A DNA stretch of 64,000 nucleotides from Candidatus Micrarchaeota archaeon (GTDB lineage: Archaea; Micrarchaeota; Micrarchaeia; Anstonellales; JAGGVH01). The stretch is from NCBI GenBank assembly GCA_021158105.1, contig JAGGVH010000038.1, forward strand, positions 11,387 to 75,386. The letters are read 5' to 3'. The notes under the pieces were generated by a model. That model made no database searches. It saw only the letters and a program-made list of their open reading frames with translations, and had not been told where the DNA came from. Position numbers and translations under genes: made by a program. Each line of letters opens with the position of its first letter. The stretch's first letter is position 1. Positions 28,502 through 37,930 of this stretch are shown in pieces.

Positions 28502-29113
28502 TTGCCAACAAAAGAAGACGTCTTAGACAAGATAAAAACATGTGACAACGTTTACCCACCAAGAGAGGATACATTTTTGATGCTTAAAGCTATTGACAAA
28601 TTAAAAAATAAAATCATGGGTAATGAGAAAATAATTGATATGTGTTGTGGCACGGGAATACTGGGGATTTATGCATCACAATATGTCAAATCAGTAACTT
28701 TTGTTGACATATACAAAAACGCAATAGAATGTGCAATTGAAAATGCAAACTTGTTCAACACCACTGGGAAATTTATACAGTCAGATTTGTTTGATAAAAT
28801 AAACAGAAATGTAAAGTTTGACATTATACTGTTCAACCCCCCATACCTGCCAACAGACGAAGATACAAAAATAAACGGCCCGTTCAATATAAACTTGGAC
28901 GGCGGGCCAGACGGCAGGAGAGTGATTGACAAGTTTTTAGAGCAAGCGCCACAATATTTGTCTGAAAAAGGCAAAATATTAATGTTAGACAGTTCATTGG
29001 ACAACACAGAGAAAACAATTGATAAACTGGCAATGCATGGGTTTAAAATAGAGATAATACTATCACAAAGTTTTTTCTTTGAAAAACTCAATGTGATTCT
29101 GGCAGAAAGGTGA
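28502..29113 (+). CDS. HemK/Mtq2-family N5-glutamine (amino) methyltransferase, NPPY motif
   Basis: Motif I DMCCGTGILGIYA and the catalytic ILFNPPYLP motif. TTG start implied by the ORF track. Confidence 0.55.
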   Translation: MPTKEDVLDKIKTCDNVYPPREDTFLMLKAIDKLKNKIMGNEKIIDMCCGTGILGIYASQYVKSVTFVDIYKNAIECAIENANLFNTTGKFIQSDLFDKINRNVKFDIILFNPPYLPTDEDTKINGPFNINLDGGPDGRRVIDKFLEQAPQYLSEKGKILMLDSSLDNTEKTIDKLAMHGFKIEIILSQSFFFEKLNVILAER

Positions 29114-29119
29114 GGCAAC

Positions 29120-29860
29120 ATGGAATATTTACTAGTCGAACCCGAATTTCCCATCAACCTTGGGTCAGTTGCACGAGTGCTAATGAATTTTGGGATTAGG
29201 CATCTTCATATTGTAAACCCGAAGTGTAAGTTGGATGATAAAGAAGTCAAGATGTTTGCTAAGAAAGCCTATTCTTTAGTCCAGAACGCTAAGGTTTATG
29301 ACACAATGGACGATGCAATCAATAAAATCAAACCTAACCTGGTCATTGGAACTACAGGTGTGCATGACAGGTTCAGAAAAGGGATAATGAGAAAAAATAT
29401 AGCTCTCAAGGATGCGAAGGCAAAACTGGAACGTAAAGGCAAATTCTTAATAGTATTCGGAAGGGAAGGCACAGGACTGAACAGGCATGAGAGCGGGCTG
29501 TGCAATTTTTTTATCACTGTTCCAACTTCTAACAAATATCCTGTCATGAACCTTTCCCATGCCGTTGCAGTTGTAGGGTATGAATTAGAATATGAAAACG
29601 TTGCCAAGAAGAAAAATAAGGTTAGAAACATTGACAAGGTAGGCAACATTAAATACATCTATAATATGTTCAACTCATTTGTTGACGTATTAGCCGGAAA
29701 GACAAGACTTAGAAAAAGCAATAAGATCAAACAATCTTTTAAAAATGTAATATCGCGTGGCATGCCCACCCCAACAGAAGCTAATTCCCTGATTGCAGTG
29801 TTCAACAGGGCAAAAACAGTCATAGGAAAAGAATTTAAAGACAACCCGGGAAAGAAATAA
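29120..29860 (+). CDS. SPOUT (TrmH/SpoU-family) RNA 2'-O-ribose methyltransferase
   Basis: SPOUT motif 1 NLGSVARVLMNFG, motif 2 LIVFGREGTGL and motif 3 PVMNLSHAVAVVGYEL. Confidence 0.7.
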   Translation: MEYLLVEPEFPINLGSVARVLMNFGIRHLHIVNPKCKLDDKEVKMFAKKAYSLVQNAKVYDTMDDAINKIKPNLVIGTTGVHDRFRKGIMRKNIALKDAKAKLERKGKFLIVFGREGTGLNRHESGLCNFFITVPTSNKYPVMNLSHAVAVVGYELEYENVAKKKNKVRNIDKVGNIKYIYNMFNSFVDVLAGKTRLRKSNKIKQSFKNVISRGMPTPTEANSLIAVFNRAKTVIGKEFKDNPGKK

Positions 29861-29861
29861 C

Positions 29862-30215
29862 ATGTTATCATACCTTTCAACAGAACATAAGATAAGAGTA
29901 ATGGAGAAGGTATTAAGCAAACTTGCAAATGAAGACAAAGAAATTGAGACATTAGATGCCAAGAAACTTGAATCGCGGCTCAGTAAATACAATAAAATGT
30001 TGAAGTTGTACGAAACAAGGATTTCACAACATTGTAAAAAGATTGTGAAAGTCTCGCCACCCAGCAGGGTAAACAGACATGTTGCATCAGTTGTTGCATA
30101 TTCTGAAATAAGAAAACGGTTATTAAGAATGATCAGAAAAACCAAAAGGATGATAAAATTAAGAGAATCAGGAAAACCAGTCAACCGAAGAGGGATAGCA
30201 AAATATCTAAAATGA
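29862..30215 (+). CDS. Hypothetical basic coiled protein
   Basis: 117-aa Lys/Arg-rich ORF immediately after the SpoU gene stop. Confidence 0.35.
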   Translation: MLSYLSTEHKIRVMEKVLSKLANEDKEIETLDAKKLESRLSKYNKMLKLYETRISQHCKKIVKVSPPSRVNRHVASVVAYSEIRKRLLRMIRKTKRMIKLRESGKPVNRRGIAKYLK

Positions 30216-30218
30216 GGT

Positions 30219-30246
30219 TTCTTTCTTTTAAAAAGAAAGAACATTA
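30219..30246 (+). terminator. Near-perfect 12-bp-stem hairpin immediately after the stop codon
   Basis: GTTTCTTTCTTTT-AAAAAGAAAGAAC inverted repeat followed by an A/T-rich stretch. Confidence 0.3.
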
Positions 30247-30260
30247 AAATCTATCATGAG

Positions 30261-31553
30261 GTGGTATGTATGGAAAACTATCTTGAAATGTTAAAAAATG
30301 GTGAGATTAAACCTTACATGTTAGACCAAATCATATTCGACAAATTAAAAGAAAACATGGATGATAATGACGCATGGCACGAAGCATGCAAAACAGCATC
30401 AGAAGTAAGGCTGAAATGGATAGAATATAAAACAGGCAAGACATTCAAACATATAAAACAATGCTACATCAAAACCGAACTTGAAAACAAAAGATTGACA
30501 GGCATTGAAAATAAGATAGGCGGGATTTCTATCCCTTTGGGGTTTACAGGCCCTGTCAGGATTAACGGCGAATATGTAAAAGGCGAGGTCGTCATCCCTT
30601 TAGCAACAAACGAGGCCGCCCTCATAGCAGGGAACAATAGGGGCGTGTCAGCTATTAACATGTCGGGCGGCATCACAACTGTACTCACAAGAAATTGTAT
30701 GACGCGCGCGCCGGTTGTTGAACTCCCAGACATTAAAAGCGCGCGCGACCTTGTAAACGAAATACGCAACAAAGGTGGATTATATAACGAACTCAGGAAA
30801 ACTGTTGAGGAAAAATCAAAATACACTAAACTGCTGGATATCCAACCGTTCCAGATGGGCAGGAGGGTATGGTTAAGAAATTCGTTCAGCACTGGAAACG
30901 CAATGGGCATGAATTCTGTTACAAAGTATTCTGCATCAATACTTAAAAAACTTCAAGAACTCAGGCCAGATGTAACGGTTATCGCATTGTCCGGCAACAT
31001 GTGTTCTGACAAAAAAGCATCGCATGTTAATGTAATGTTTGGCAAGGGCAAAGGTGTAGAAGGTGAAGTTGTCATCCCGCGAGAAGTCATAGAAAAGGTA
31101 TGGAAAACAACCCCTGAGGCGATGATTAAAGTTAACAATATCAAAAACTGGCAAGGGTCTGCGTTATCAGGGACATTAACAGGGTTTAATGCCAACGCGG
31201 CCAACACAGTTGCAGCATTCTTTGCAGCAACCGGCCAAGACCTCGCACATGTTGCAACATCAAGCACATGTTTTGACATGCTTGAGATGGACGGTGACAA
31301 TCTAAGGTTTAACATATCACTTCCCAACTTAGAGGTTGGATCATTGGGCGGCGGCATGTTTTTCGGCACTGCAAAGGAATGTTTAGACATGATCGGATGC
31401 ACTGATGACGATGACGGTGAAACCAATGCTAAGAAGGTTGCAGAAATATTAACTGCAGCAGTTGCCGCTCAGGAGATTAACCTAATCGGTGCACTAGCAA
31501 ACCAGTTTGAACTTGCAGAATCACACGTCCGCCTTGCACGCGGTGAAAAATGA
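30261..31553 (+). CDS. hmgA: Class I 3-hydroxy-3-methylglutaryl-CoA reductase
   Basis: ATNEAALIAGNNRG, GNAMGMNSV and GSLGGG motifs, with archaeal class I length. True start probably MENYLEML (30270). Confidence 0.85.
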   Translation: MVCMENYLEMLKNGEIKPYMLDQIIFDKLKENMDDNDAWHEACKTASEVRLKWIEYKTGKTFKHIKQCYIKTELENKRLTGIENKIGGISIPLGFTGPVRINGEYVKGEVVIPLATNEAALIAGNNRGVSAINMSGGITTVLTRNCMTRAPVVELPDIKSARDLVNEIRNKGGLYNELRKTVEEKSKYTKLLDIQPFQMGRRVWLRNSFSTGNAMGMNSVTKYSASILKKLQELRPDVTVIALSGNMCSDKKASHVNVMFGKGKGVEGEVVIPREVIEKVWKTTPEAMIKVNNIKNWQGSALSGTLTGFNANAANTVAAFFAATGQDLAHVATSSTCFDMLEMDGDNLRFNISLPNLEVGSLGGGMFFGTAKECLDMIGCTDDDDGETNAKKVAEILTAAVAAQEINLIGALANQFELAESHVRLARGEK

Positions 31554-31579
31554 TTAAAAAATAAAAAGGTGACCTTTGA

Positions 31580-32566
31580 ATGATTTTTAAAAACTTGCAT
31601 ATGTTTGATGATGAATTCATTCCTAACAAAATCATTGGCAGGGAAAAAGAAATCTATGATATTTCATCTGCAATAAGGCCACTGTTCAATAAAATGCCCG
31701 GACAAAACCTATTCATATTCGGACCGCCCGGGACCGGCAAGACGTTATGCGCCAAGCATGTGTTAACCGAAATCTCAAAATCATCCAAAAAGATTTATCC
31801 TGTTTACATAAATTGTTGGGTTAACAGGACACGCCCTGCTATAATGTATAAGATCATGAAATCGTTGGGAGATTTTGTTCCCAGGAGAGGAATTTCGCCC
31901 GATGAAATGATTGACGATTTAAACAGGACATTATCAGATTCTTGGGGGGTAGTCATAGTCCTTGATGAGATAGACAAGACAGAGGATAGGGAGATATTGT
32001 ATGACATACTGAGGATGTTGAATACAAACATTGTACTGATTGGCATAAGCAACCTAAACAGTTTTGAGATTGACATTGATGACAGGATACTCAGCACCTA
32101 TTCACCAAAAAGGATTGAGTTTAAACCATATTCTGTCAACGAAATCAAAAAGATTTTAGAGGAGAGGGCAAAGTATGCACTTTCCCCTGGATCGTATAAT
32201 GATGATGTGTTAGGGTTATGTGCGGCAATAGGATACAATGCAGGAGGCGACGCGCGTGTTGCACTGAACGCGTTACTTTCGTCCGCAAAAGAAGCGCAGA
32301 TGAATAATATGGAAAAGATCACAACCGACATTGTTAACAAGGTTAGGCAGGAATTGTTTGTAAGAAAACATGTCAATGATTTAAAAGGTCTTGAGAAAAA
32401 AGTGTATGACTGTATAGGGAACGGCAAGACAAGCAGTGAAATACACAACCTTTTTCCTGATGTGACTGAAAGAACGATTCGCAACATATTATCAAAACTT
32501 ATCAACAAGAACATGTTGAAACGTATTAAACTAAACGGTAACAGGTACAGATATGTAAAAAGGTGA
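31580..32566 (+). CDS. orc1: Orc1/Cdc6 replication initiator
   Basis: Walker A FIFGPPGTGKT, Walker B VIVLDEIDK, sensor motifs and a C-terminal winged helix. Confidence 0.85.
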   Translation: MIFKNLHMFDDEFIPNKIIGREKEIYDISSAIRPLFNKMPGQNLFIFGPPGTGKTLCAKHVLTEISKSSKKIYPVYINCWVNRTRPAIMYKIMKSLGDFVPRRGISPDEMIDDLNRTLSDSWGVVIVLDEIDKTEDREILYDILRMLNTNIVLIGISNLNSFEIDIDDRILSTYSPKRIEFKPYSVNEIKKILEERAKYALSPGSYNDDVLGLCAAIGYNAGGDARVALNALLSSAKEAQMNNMEKITTDIVNKVRQELFVRKHVNDLKGLEKKVYDCIGNGKTSSEIHNLFPDVTERTIRNILSKLINKNMLKRIKLNGNRYRYVKR

Positions 32567-33030
32567 TTATTATGGAATGTGAGATATGCGGCAAACATGA
32601 GGCGCGGTATGTTGTAATGATAGAAGGTGCTAAACTCAATGCGTGCCCGGTATGTGCAAAGGGTGCAAAGATCATCTCGGAAATAAAAAACAATGAATAC
32701 AAAACCAAGAAAGGCGGCAAACAATATGAAACTGAGAAAAACAAAACACAGATTGAAAAAGAGGTGTCAGAAGACTATGCAAACATCATAATGCAAGGAT
32801 TAAAAAATATGACGCTCTCGGTAGACGTGCTTGCAGAAAAACTTAACATAAAATATTCTTACCTCAACCACATCGTCCATGGTAAGATCATGCCAGACAT
32901 TAAACTTGCCAGCCGTCTTGAAAAGGAACTTAACATCAAACTTATTGAAGACGTTGTGATTGAAACCGGCGGGAAACAAAAAAAGAGTGATGACAGGTTA
33001 ACCTTAGGCGACATTATAGAGGTGGACTGA
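32563..33030 (+). CDS. Archaeal MBF1-like protein (N-terminal C4 zinc ribbon + C-terminal XRE-type HTH)
   Basis: CEICG...CPVC zinc ribbon, then an HTH (DVLAEKLNIKYSYLNHIVHGK). 4-nt overlap with orc1. Confidence 0.6.
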   Translation: MIIMECEICGKHEARYVVMIEGAKLNACPVCAKGAKIISEIKNNEYKTKKGGKQYETEKNKTQIEKEVSEDYANIIMQGLKNMTLSVDVLAEKLNIKYSYLNHIVHGKIMPDIKLASRLEKELNIKLIEDVVIETGGKQKKSDDRLTLGDIIEVD

Positions 33031-34064
33031 TGGGAGTTGACATAAGAGAACTTGTAACCCATAAAACTGTCACATTTGACGACTTAGCGAACAAACCGTT
33101 AGCGTTCGACGCGTTCAACATCATTTATCAGTTCCTAGCATCTGTCAGGCAAGCCGACGGTACCCCATTAATGGATTCTAATGGCAATGTCACAAGCCAC
33201 TTGTCAGGATTATTCTACAGGAACACTAAATTTTTAGAAGCAGGAATCAAACCCATTTATGTGTTTGACGGTAAACCTCCACAGTTTAAACGCACAGAAT
33301 TGATAGAACGGCAAATGCGAAAGGAGAAGGCAGAAAAAGAATTAGAAAAGGCCGCCGAACTTGAAAAATGGAAAGAGGTTAAGAAACTTGCAAAGCAAAC
33401 TATAAGGCTAACCGATGCAATGATAGAAGAATCAAAAGAATTATTGCGCGCAATGGGGATTCCCATTGTACAGGCACCGAGCGAGGGCGAAGCACAGGCA
33501 GCATACATGGCGGCAAACGGGTATGCATATGCTTCAGTGTCTCAGGATTATGACTCGCTCCTGTTCGGCGCTCCAAGGTTGATAAGAAACCTGTCAATAA
33601 CCGGCAAGCGGCATCATGTCCGCGGCGGGATTATTGAAATCAAACCTGAAGAAGTTATACTTGACGACGTGCTGAAAACACTCGGGATAACAAGAAAACA
33701 ATTAATATGGCTTGGGATTCTAATCGGGACAGATTTTAATGAAGGCGTGAAAGGCATTGGCCCGAAAAAAGGATTAAAGATTGTTAAGGAATGTAAAAGT
33801 ATTGACGACGTAATAAGGATTGTTTATGAGAAAAAGGGGTATGAGTTTATTGAGGATGTCAAATCAATCGAACAATTCTTTTTAAACCCGCCGAAAACTA
33901 ACAAATTTAAGACTGAATGGAGAGAAATCAACAAAGAAAAAATCATTAAGATATTGGTTGACGCTCATAACTTTTCATACGACAGAATCATGTCAACAAT
34001 CGAAAAACTTAACAGGATTCAAACTGAAATAAATAAACAAACCGGGCTGGCAGAGTTTATGTGA
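33030..34064 (+). CDS. fen: Flap endonuclease 1
   Basis: N-terminal MGVDIRELV, FDGKPP, acidic active-site clusters, H3TH region and a C-terminal PIP-like tail. Confidence 0.9.
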   Translation: MGVDIRELVTHKTVTFDDLANKPLAFDAFNIIYQFLASVRQADGTPLMDSNGNVTSHLSGLFYRNTKFLEAGIKPIYVFDGKPPQFKRTELIERQMRKEKAEKELEKAAELEKWKEVKKLAKQTIRLTDAMIEESKELLRAMGIPIVQAPSEGEAQAAYMAANGYAYASVSQDYDSLLFGAPRLIRNLSITGKRHHVRGGIIEIKPEEVILDDVLKTLGITRKQLIWLGILIGTDFNEGVKGIGPKKGLKIVKECKSIDDVIRIVYEKKGYEFIEDVKSIEQFFLNPPKTNKFKTEWREINKEKIIKILVDAHNFSYDRIMSTIEKLNRIQTEINKQTGLAEFM

Positions 34065-34072
34065 TTATGCAA

Positions 34073-34699
34073 TTACCTTGTCAGCTTGTCAGCAATCCTG
34101 TCAAGTTCTGCGCCCATTATGTCGCCCAAGGTTGTATTGACAACCACTGTCGCTGACACGTTTGACGGTGCATAAAACTGCGAATTAAGTTCTGGGAACG
34201 ATGCAATCTCAGCAGAAGTTAACAATGTCTGGTCAACATCTATTGACACTGGCGCCCCCGTCCTCTTATCAATCCCTTTCAACGTCCCTTTAATAGGAAT
34301 CGTAAAAGGAACGTATATTGACTGATTAGTAAAATGGAGTTTGATATCACCGCCAATTATCACTGGCTGGCTGGTGTCCATCTGAATGACAACTCTTTTA
34401 CTTTTCAATGCACGGATCTCTTGTGCAACCGATGACATATCATGCTCAGGCGTAACAGGCGGCGCCTTTGATAATGACAAGTATAATGATACTAAGGATA
34501 TCAACAGTGCAAGTATGGCTAATAACAATGTTAAATTAAACGGATGCTTCTTGGGCACAGTCGTTTGCGGTTCAAGTTTAGGGAACGGCGTTATCTTCTT
34601 CTTAGGGATAAGGTTTTCATACCTCCCCAAATTTGGCCTACTCCTAAGTCCACTACTTTGCACATCACTCTGCCCATCAGTCATAATACTACTGAACAT
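34073..34699 (-). CDS. Hypothetical single-pass membrane protein with extracytoplasmic domain
   Basis: One TM (LTLLLAILALLISLVSLYLSL) followed by a beta-rich domain. Confidence 0.4.
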   Translation of the reverse strand: MFSSIMTDGQSDVQSSGLRSRPNLGRYENLIPKKKITPFPKLEPQTTVPKKHPFNLTLLLAILALLISLVSLYLSLSKAPPVTPEHDMSSVAQEIRALKSKRVVIQMDTSQPVIIGGDIKLHFTNQSIYVPFTIPIKGTLKGIDKRTGAPVSIDVDQTLLTSAEIASFPELNSQFYAPSNVSATVVVNTTLGDIMGAELDRIADKLTR

Positions 34700-34747
34700 G
34701 ATTTATTTAAAAATCTTATGTATATGAAAGTATTGGGGGGTGAAGGT

Positions 34748-35377
34748 ATGAATATAAACATATCATCAAACTATAACATACTAGTCGAACAATTCAACAC
34801 TATAACATCAAACGTATATGGCAACTTGGCTGTCAACATCTTGGCACTTGCAGCTGCAATGTATATTGTATGGTACCTTTACAGAAAGATTGCTAAGAGG
34901 GACATGTTTACGTTTGAGAACAAAAATTATGGGGAAGGATTTACAGGTATAATAAAACAAATATTTTCAGTTCTCATTTATGTATTTAAATATGGTATAA
35001 TGTTTCCGTTGTATTCATTCCTAATGTTTGCATTATTATCTGTGAGCATCTTTTTCTTATCAACGGGCATGACTGTGCCAAATGTATTATATATATCAAT
35101 CATTATAATTTCAGTCGTTCGTTTGTTAGCATACATAAAAGAAGACACTGCACAAGAGCTTGCCAAGATGTTGCCGTTCGGACTAATATTCCTGGTGTTG
35201 ACACGGCCCGACGTTGCACAGCAATATGCCCTGCCAAACCTTGCCAACATAACAAACTCAATACCAACCTTAGAGCAATATATACTATTCCTGATAGGTT
35301 TAGAGTTTGTGTTGCGGGTGTTATACATAATCTCAGCAAACATATTAACCAATCATAAAAAAACCAAAAAGGACTAA
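34748..35377 (+). CDS. Hypothetical multi-pass membrane protein (ORF track gives 34544; start trimmed to the ATG after GGGGGGTGAAGGT)
   Basis: 4-5 hydrophobic helices. The upstream part of the long ORF overlaps the convergent gene and lacks a Shine-Dalgarno sequence. Confidence 0.4.
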   Translation: MNINISSNYNILVEQFNTITSNVYGNLAVNILALAAAMYIVWYLYRKIAKRDMFTFENKNYGEGFTGIIKQIFSVLIYVFKYGIMFPLYSFLMFALLSVSIFFLSTGMTVPNVLYISIIIISVVRLLAYIKEDTAQELAKMLPFGLIFLVLTRPDVAQQYALPNLANITNSIPTLEQYILFLIGLEFVLRVLYIISANILTNHKKTKKD

Positions 35378-37911
35378 TATTCCTCAGTGGCCTTAACATA
35401 CCATGTGAACGCTTTGCGGACGTCAGTTGCCCCCAACTGCCCCGGTGATTCACAACGCCCCTCGCCCGTTGCCAGTACTGAATCAACAAGGTAGATTATT
35501 ATTGTGTTATCATTGGGGTTGCTACACAGGCAATCACTTGACCATGGATAATCATCATGAAGGTCTTCCAAACACCCATCATGATAATATTCACAAAATG
35601 TCAGGTATGCAACTGACCAGTCATAATCCTCAATATCTTTTATCTTAACAAAATAACGATCATTATCTTCTACCATCTCAGTCTCATACCATGACGCCCA
35701 TGCAGAACTTGCCATGTTTTCTGCCTTGTCATGCGCCTTAAACAAGTTATAAACTTTATCAGGGTTATCCCTGAGCCACTGGTTAAAATCTTTTGGGTTG
35801 AACCTGCTGGTGTCATGACTTTGCATATAAACAGCCCATAACATCCACGGGTCAACACCGTAAACGCTCGCGCTCTGGTACATCGGCCACATGTCAAACG
35901 ATGTCTGGTTATACTTATCAAACAACGTATCAAAGTCCACTGCATCAGAGTTTACAGTTTTTTCAAGGTTCTTGAGTTTATAAGTCGTTCCATCACACTT
36001 GTCCTTTGCATCACCGACATCATCGAGCATGGGCTCAATGCCCGTGGTGGATGTTAAATAATCATTGTCACTCCTCTTAGGTATGATGTGCCACTGGGTA
36101 ACATTGTAGGACCAGTTTACTACATCATCATTTTCAACATACCTGCTTATGTCCCTAAACATAAACTTGCACCCCATCGCACCGGACTCCTTTGGCATGA
36201 GCAGTCCGGACTGTGCATCCTTGCCACTCCAAAAAACTTTATACCCTTTGATTACAGGGACTGAATAATCATAAACTGTACCATTCCATGCAAACATTCC
36301 CTGCTCATGAGCAAGGTCATAATACGGGTTATACACTGAATACCCGTCACTCACTGCACTATCCAGAAATCCGCTCGGTAGTGACATTGACGGCATGACC
36401 AAACCCATCACACCTTTAACAGACATCGGGCCCACAGCATCAAGCCATGCCTTATTGAATTCTCTAATATCATCTTTGCTATAATTGCATCGCCCGCCCG
36501 GGTATCCCCCAGTATTGAACACCAGCAAAGGTTTGCCCCTTGTATCCTTGATATGTTCTGCCATGTCAAGGACATTAAACAGTTGGATATAAGGGTTGCA
36601 GTCGCCCGAATTATTATACTTCATCTGATAATTCTCAGTGGTTGCAATGCTGTCAACGCACAAAGATTCTGAAGGTGATGACAAATATTTTGACTGGATA
36701 TGGTTGGGCTCACATTTTTCAGTAATGTTAGGGTAATGATACCTTTGGCATGTTGATATCATATCATTTACTTCTGGGCTTGCAGCAGAACTGTTAGGCG
36801 CCAATATCTTCATGATATCGTCAACATCAGAATAATTAGCAAGCAGATTGTCTGATGATTTAACAGTATCAAGCGGCACATGAACAGTTATTATGCACGT
36901 GGGGCAGGCGCGTTTAAGGTTGACTGCGAGCGAACGGAGGTAACAGTATGCCTTTGTCATATTGTTAGCATTAAACTCTATGCCCGGCCCGATTACTATC
37001 ATCATCGGCCCCACACCCTTATATGGATACAACCATGTTGAAAACCGTGAACGGTTCATCTCATTGTTAACAGTTTCAACCGCCTTTGTAAGCGAATGAA
37101 TATGCTCAACCTGCTGGTCATACGTTGCACTCCCCCACCAGTCATAAGGCACAGCATAAACAGGTATGGCGCCGCGTTTCAGATATTTCTTAACAACCAA
37201 TGGTGAAGGTTTGGCTGCAAGGTGACCGTCACTGCCGACCGGTAAAAACTGCACTGCTATATTGTTGTATGTTGCAGGCGTATGGTTGTAAACGTCACAC
37301 CTTGGAATAGAATAACCATAAACGTCACACCTTGGATTAGAATAACCACTCTCATTCATTTCTAGATAAACATTTATAATATTACAAAATCTGTCTGGTA
37401 AAGGACCACGTACAGTCTCCATGGGGATGTCCTCTCCTGCGTTCATTATAGCATTCTCTGTAAACGTATAACCAGAACCCAACATAAAAATGCGCACATT
37501 TCTCATGTCTGGTGGGTTGGCTGTAAAACATTCCCAAACCCCATCACATTTATAATTATCATCCAACCAATCATCAAGTGTTTTAGGGTCGTACACATCC
37601 TGGACTGCAATAAGACTGCAACTGCTCTCTTTAAGTTCACCCCCGCTGAACAAACTCCCGAGACCGAATATCCCTCCACCGGGCTCACAGATGTAGGCAT
37701 AACACCCATGACCTTGGCACCGGTTTTCATACTGTGAAAAGTTTTTTGTAATATATTCATTCTTTGCCCATGCATCCGTAAGCATTTTAGATTGCCCGCA
37801 CATATTAAACTCTGACACACACCCGTTCAACAGGAGCAATACCAATATTGACAAAAACAACATTCCTTTATACATTGCCTTATTCACCATGCATACCACT
37901 TCACACACCAT
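35374..37911 (-). CDS. Large (845 aa) Cys-containing secreted protein with lipobox-like signal (LLNGC)
   Basis: Signal peptide MLFLSILVLLLLNGC. No further TM. Many Cys and NxS/T sequons. Contains an in-frame 30-bp tandem duplication. Confidence 0.6.
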   Translation of the reverse strand: MVCEVVCMVNKAMYKGMLFLSILVLLLLNGCVSEFNMCGQSKMLTDAWAKNEYITKNFSQYENRCQGHGCYAYICEPGGGIFGLGSLFSGGELKESSCSLIAVQDVYDPKTLDDWLDDNYKCDGVWECFTANPPDMRNVRIFMLGSGYTFTENAIMNAGEDIPMETVRGPLPDRFCNIINVYLEMNESGYSNPRCDVYGYSIPRCDVYNHTPATYNNIAVQFLPVGSDGHLAAKPSPLVVKKYLKRGAIPVYAVPYDWWGSATYDQQVEHIHSLTKAVETVNNEMNRSRFSTWLYPYKGVGPMMIVIGPGIEFNANNMTKAYCYLRSLAVNLKRACPTCIITVHVPLDTVKSSDNLLANYSDVDDIMKILAPNSSAASPEVNDMISTCQRYHYPNITEKCEPNHIQSKYLSSPSESLCVDSIATTENYQMKYNNSGDCNPYIQLFNVLDMAEHIKDTRGKPLLVFNTGGYPGGRCNYSKDDIREFNKAWLDAVGPMSVKGVMGLVMPSMSLPSGFLDSAVSDGYSVYNPYYDLAHEQGMFAWNGTVYDYSVPVIKGYKVFWSGKDAQSGLLMPKESGAMGCKFMFRDISRYVENDDVVNWSYNVTQWHIIPKRSDNDYLTSTTGIEPMLDDVGDAKDKCDGTTYKLKNLEKTVNSDAVDFDTLFDKYNQTSFDMWPMYQSASVYGVDPWMLWAVYMQSHDTSRFNPKDFNQWLRDNPDKVYNLFKAHDKAENMASSAWASWYETEMVEDNDRYFVKIKDIEDYDWSVAYLTFCEYYHDGCLEDLHDDYPWSSDCLCSNPNDNTIIIYLVDSVLATGEGRCESPGQLGATDVRKAFTWYVKATEEY

Positions 37912-37930
37912 ATAAAAACTCTAAACCCAA

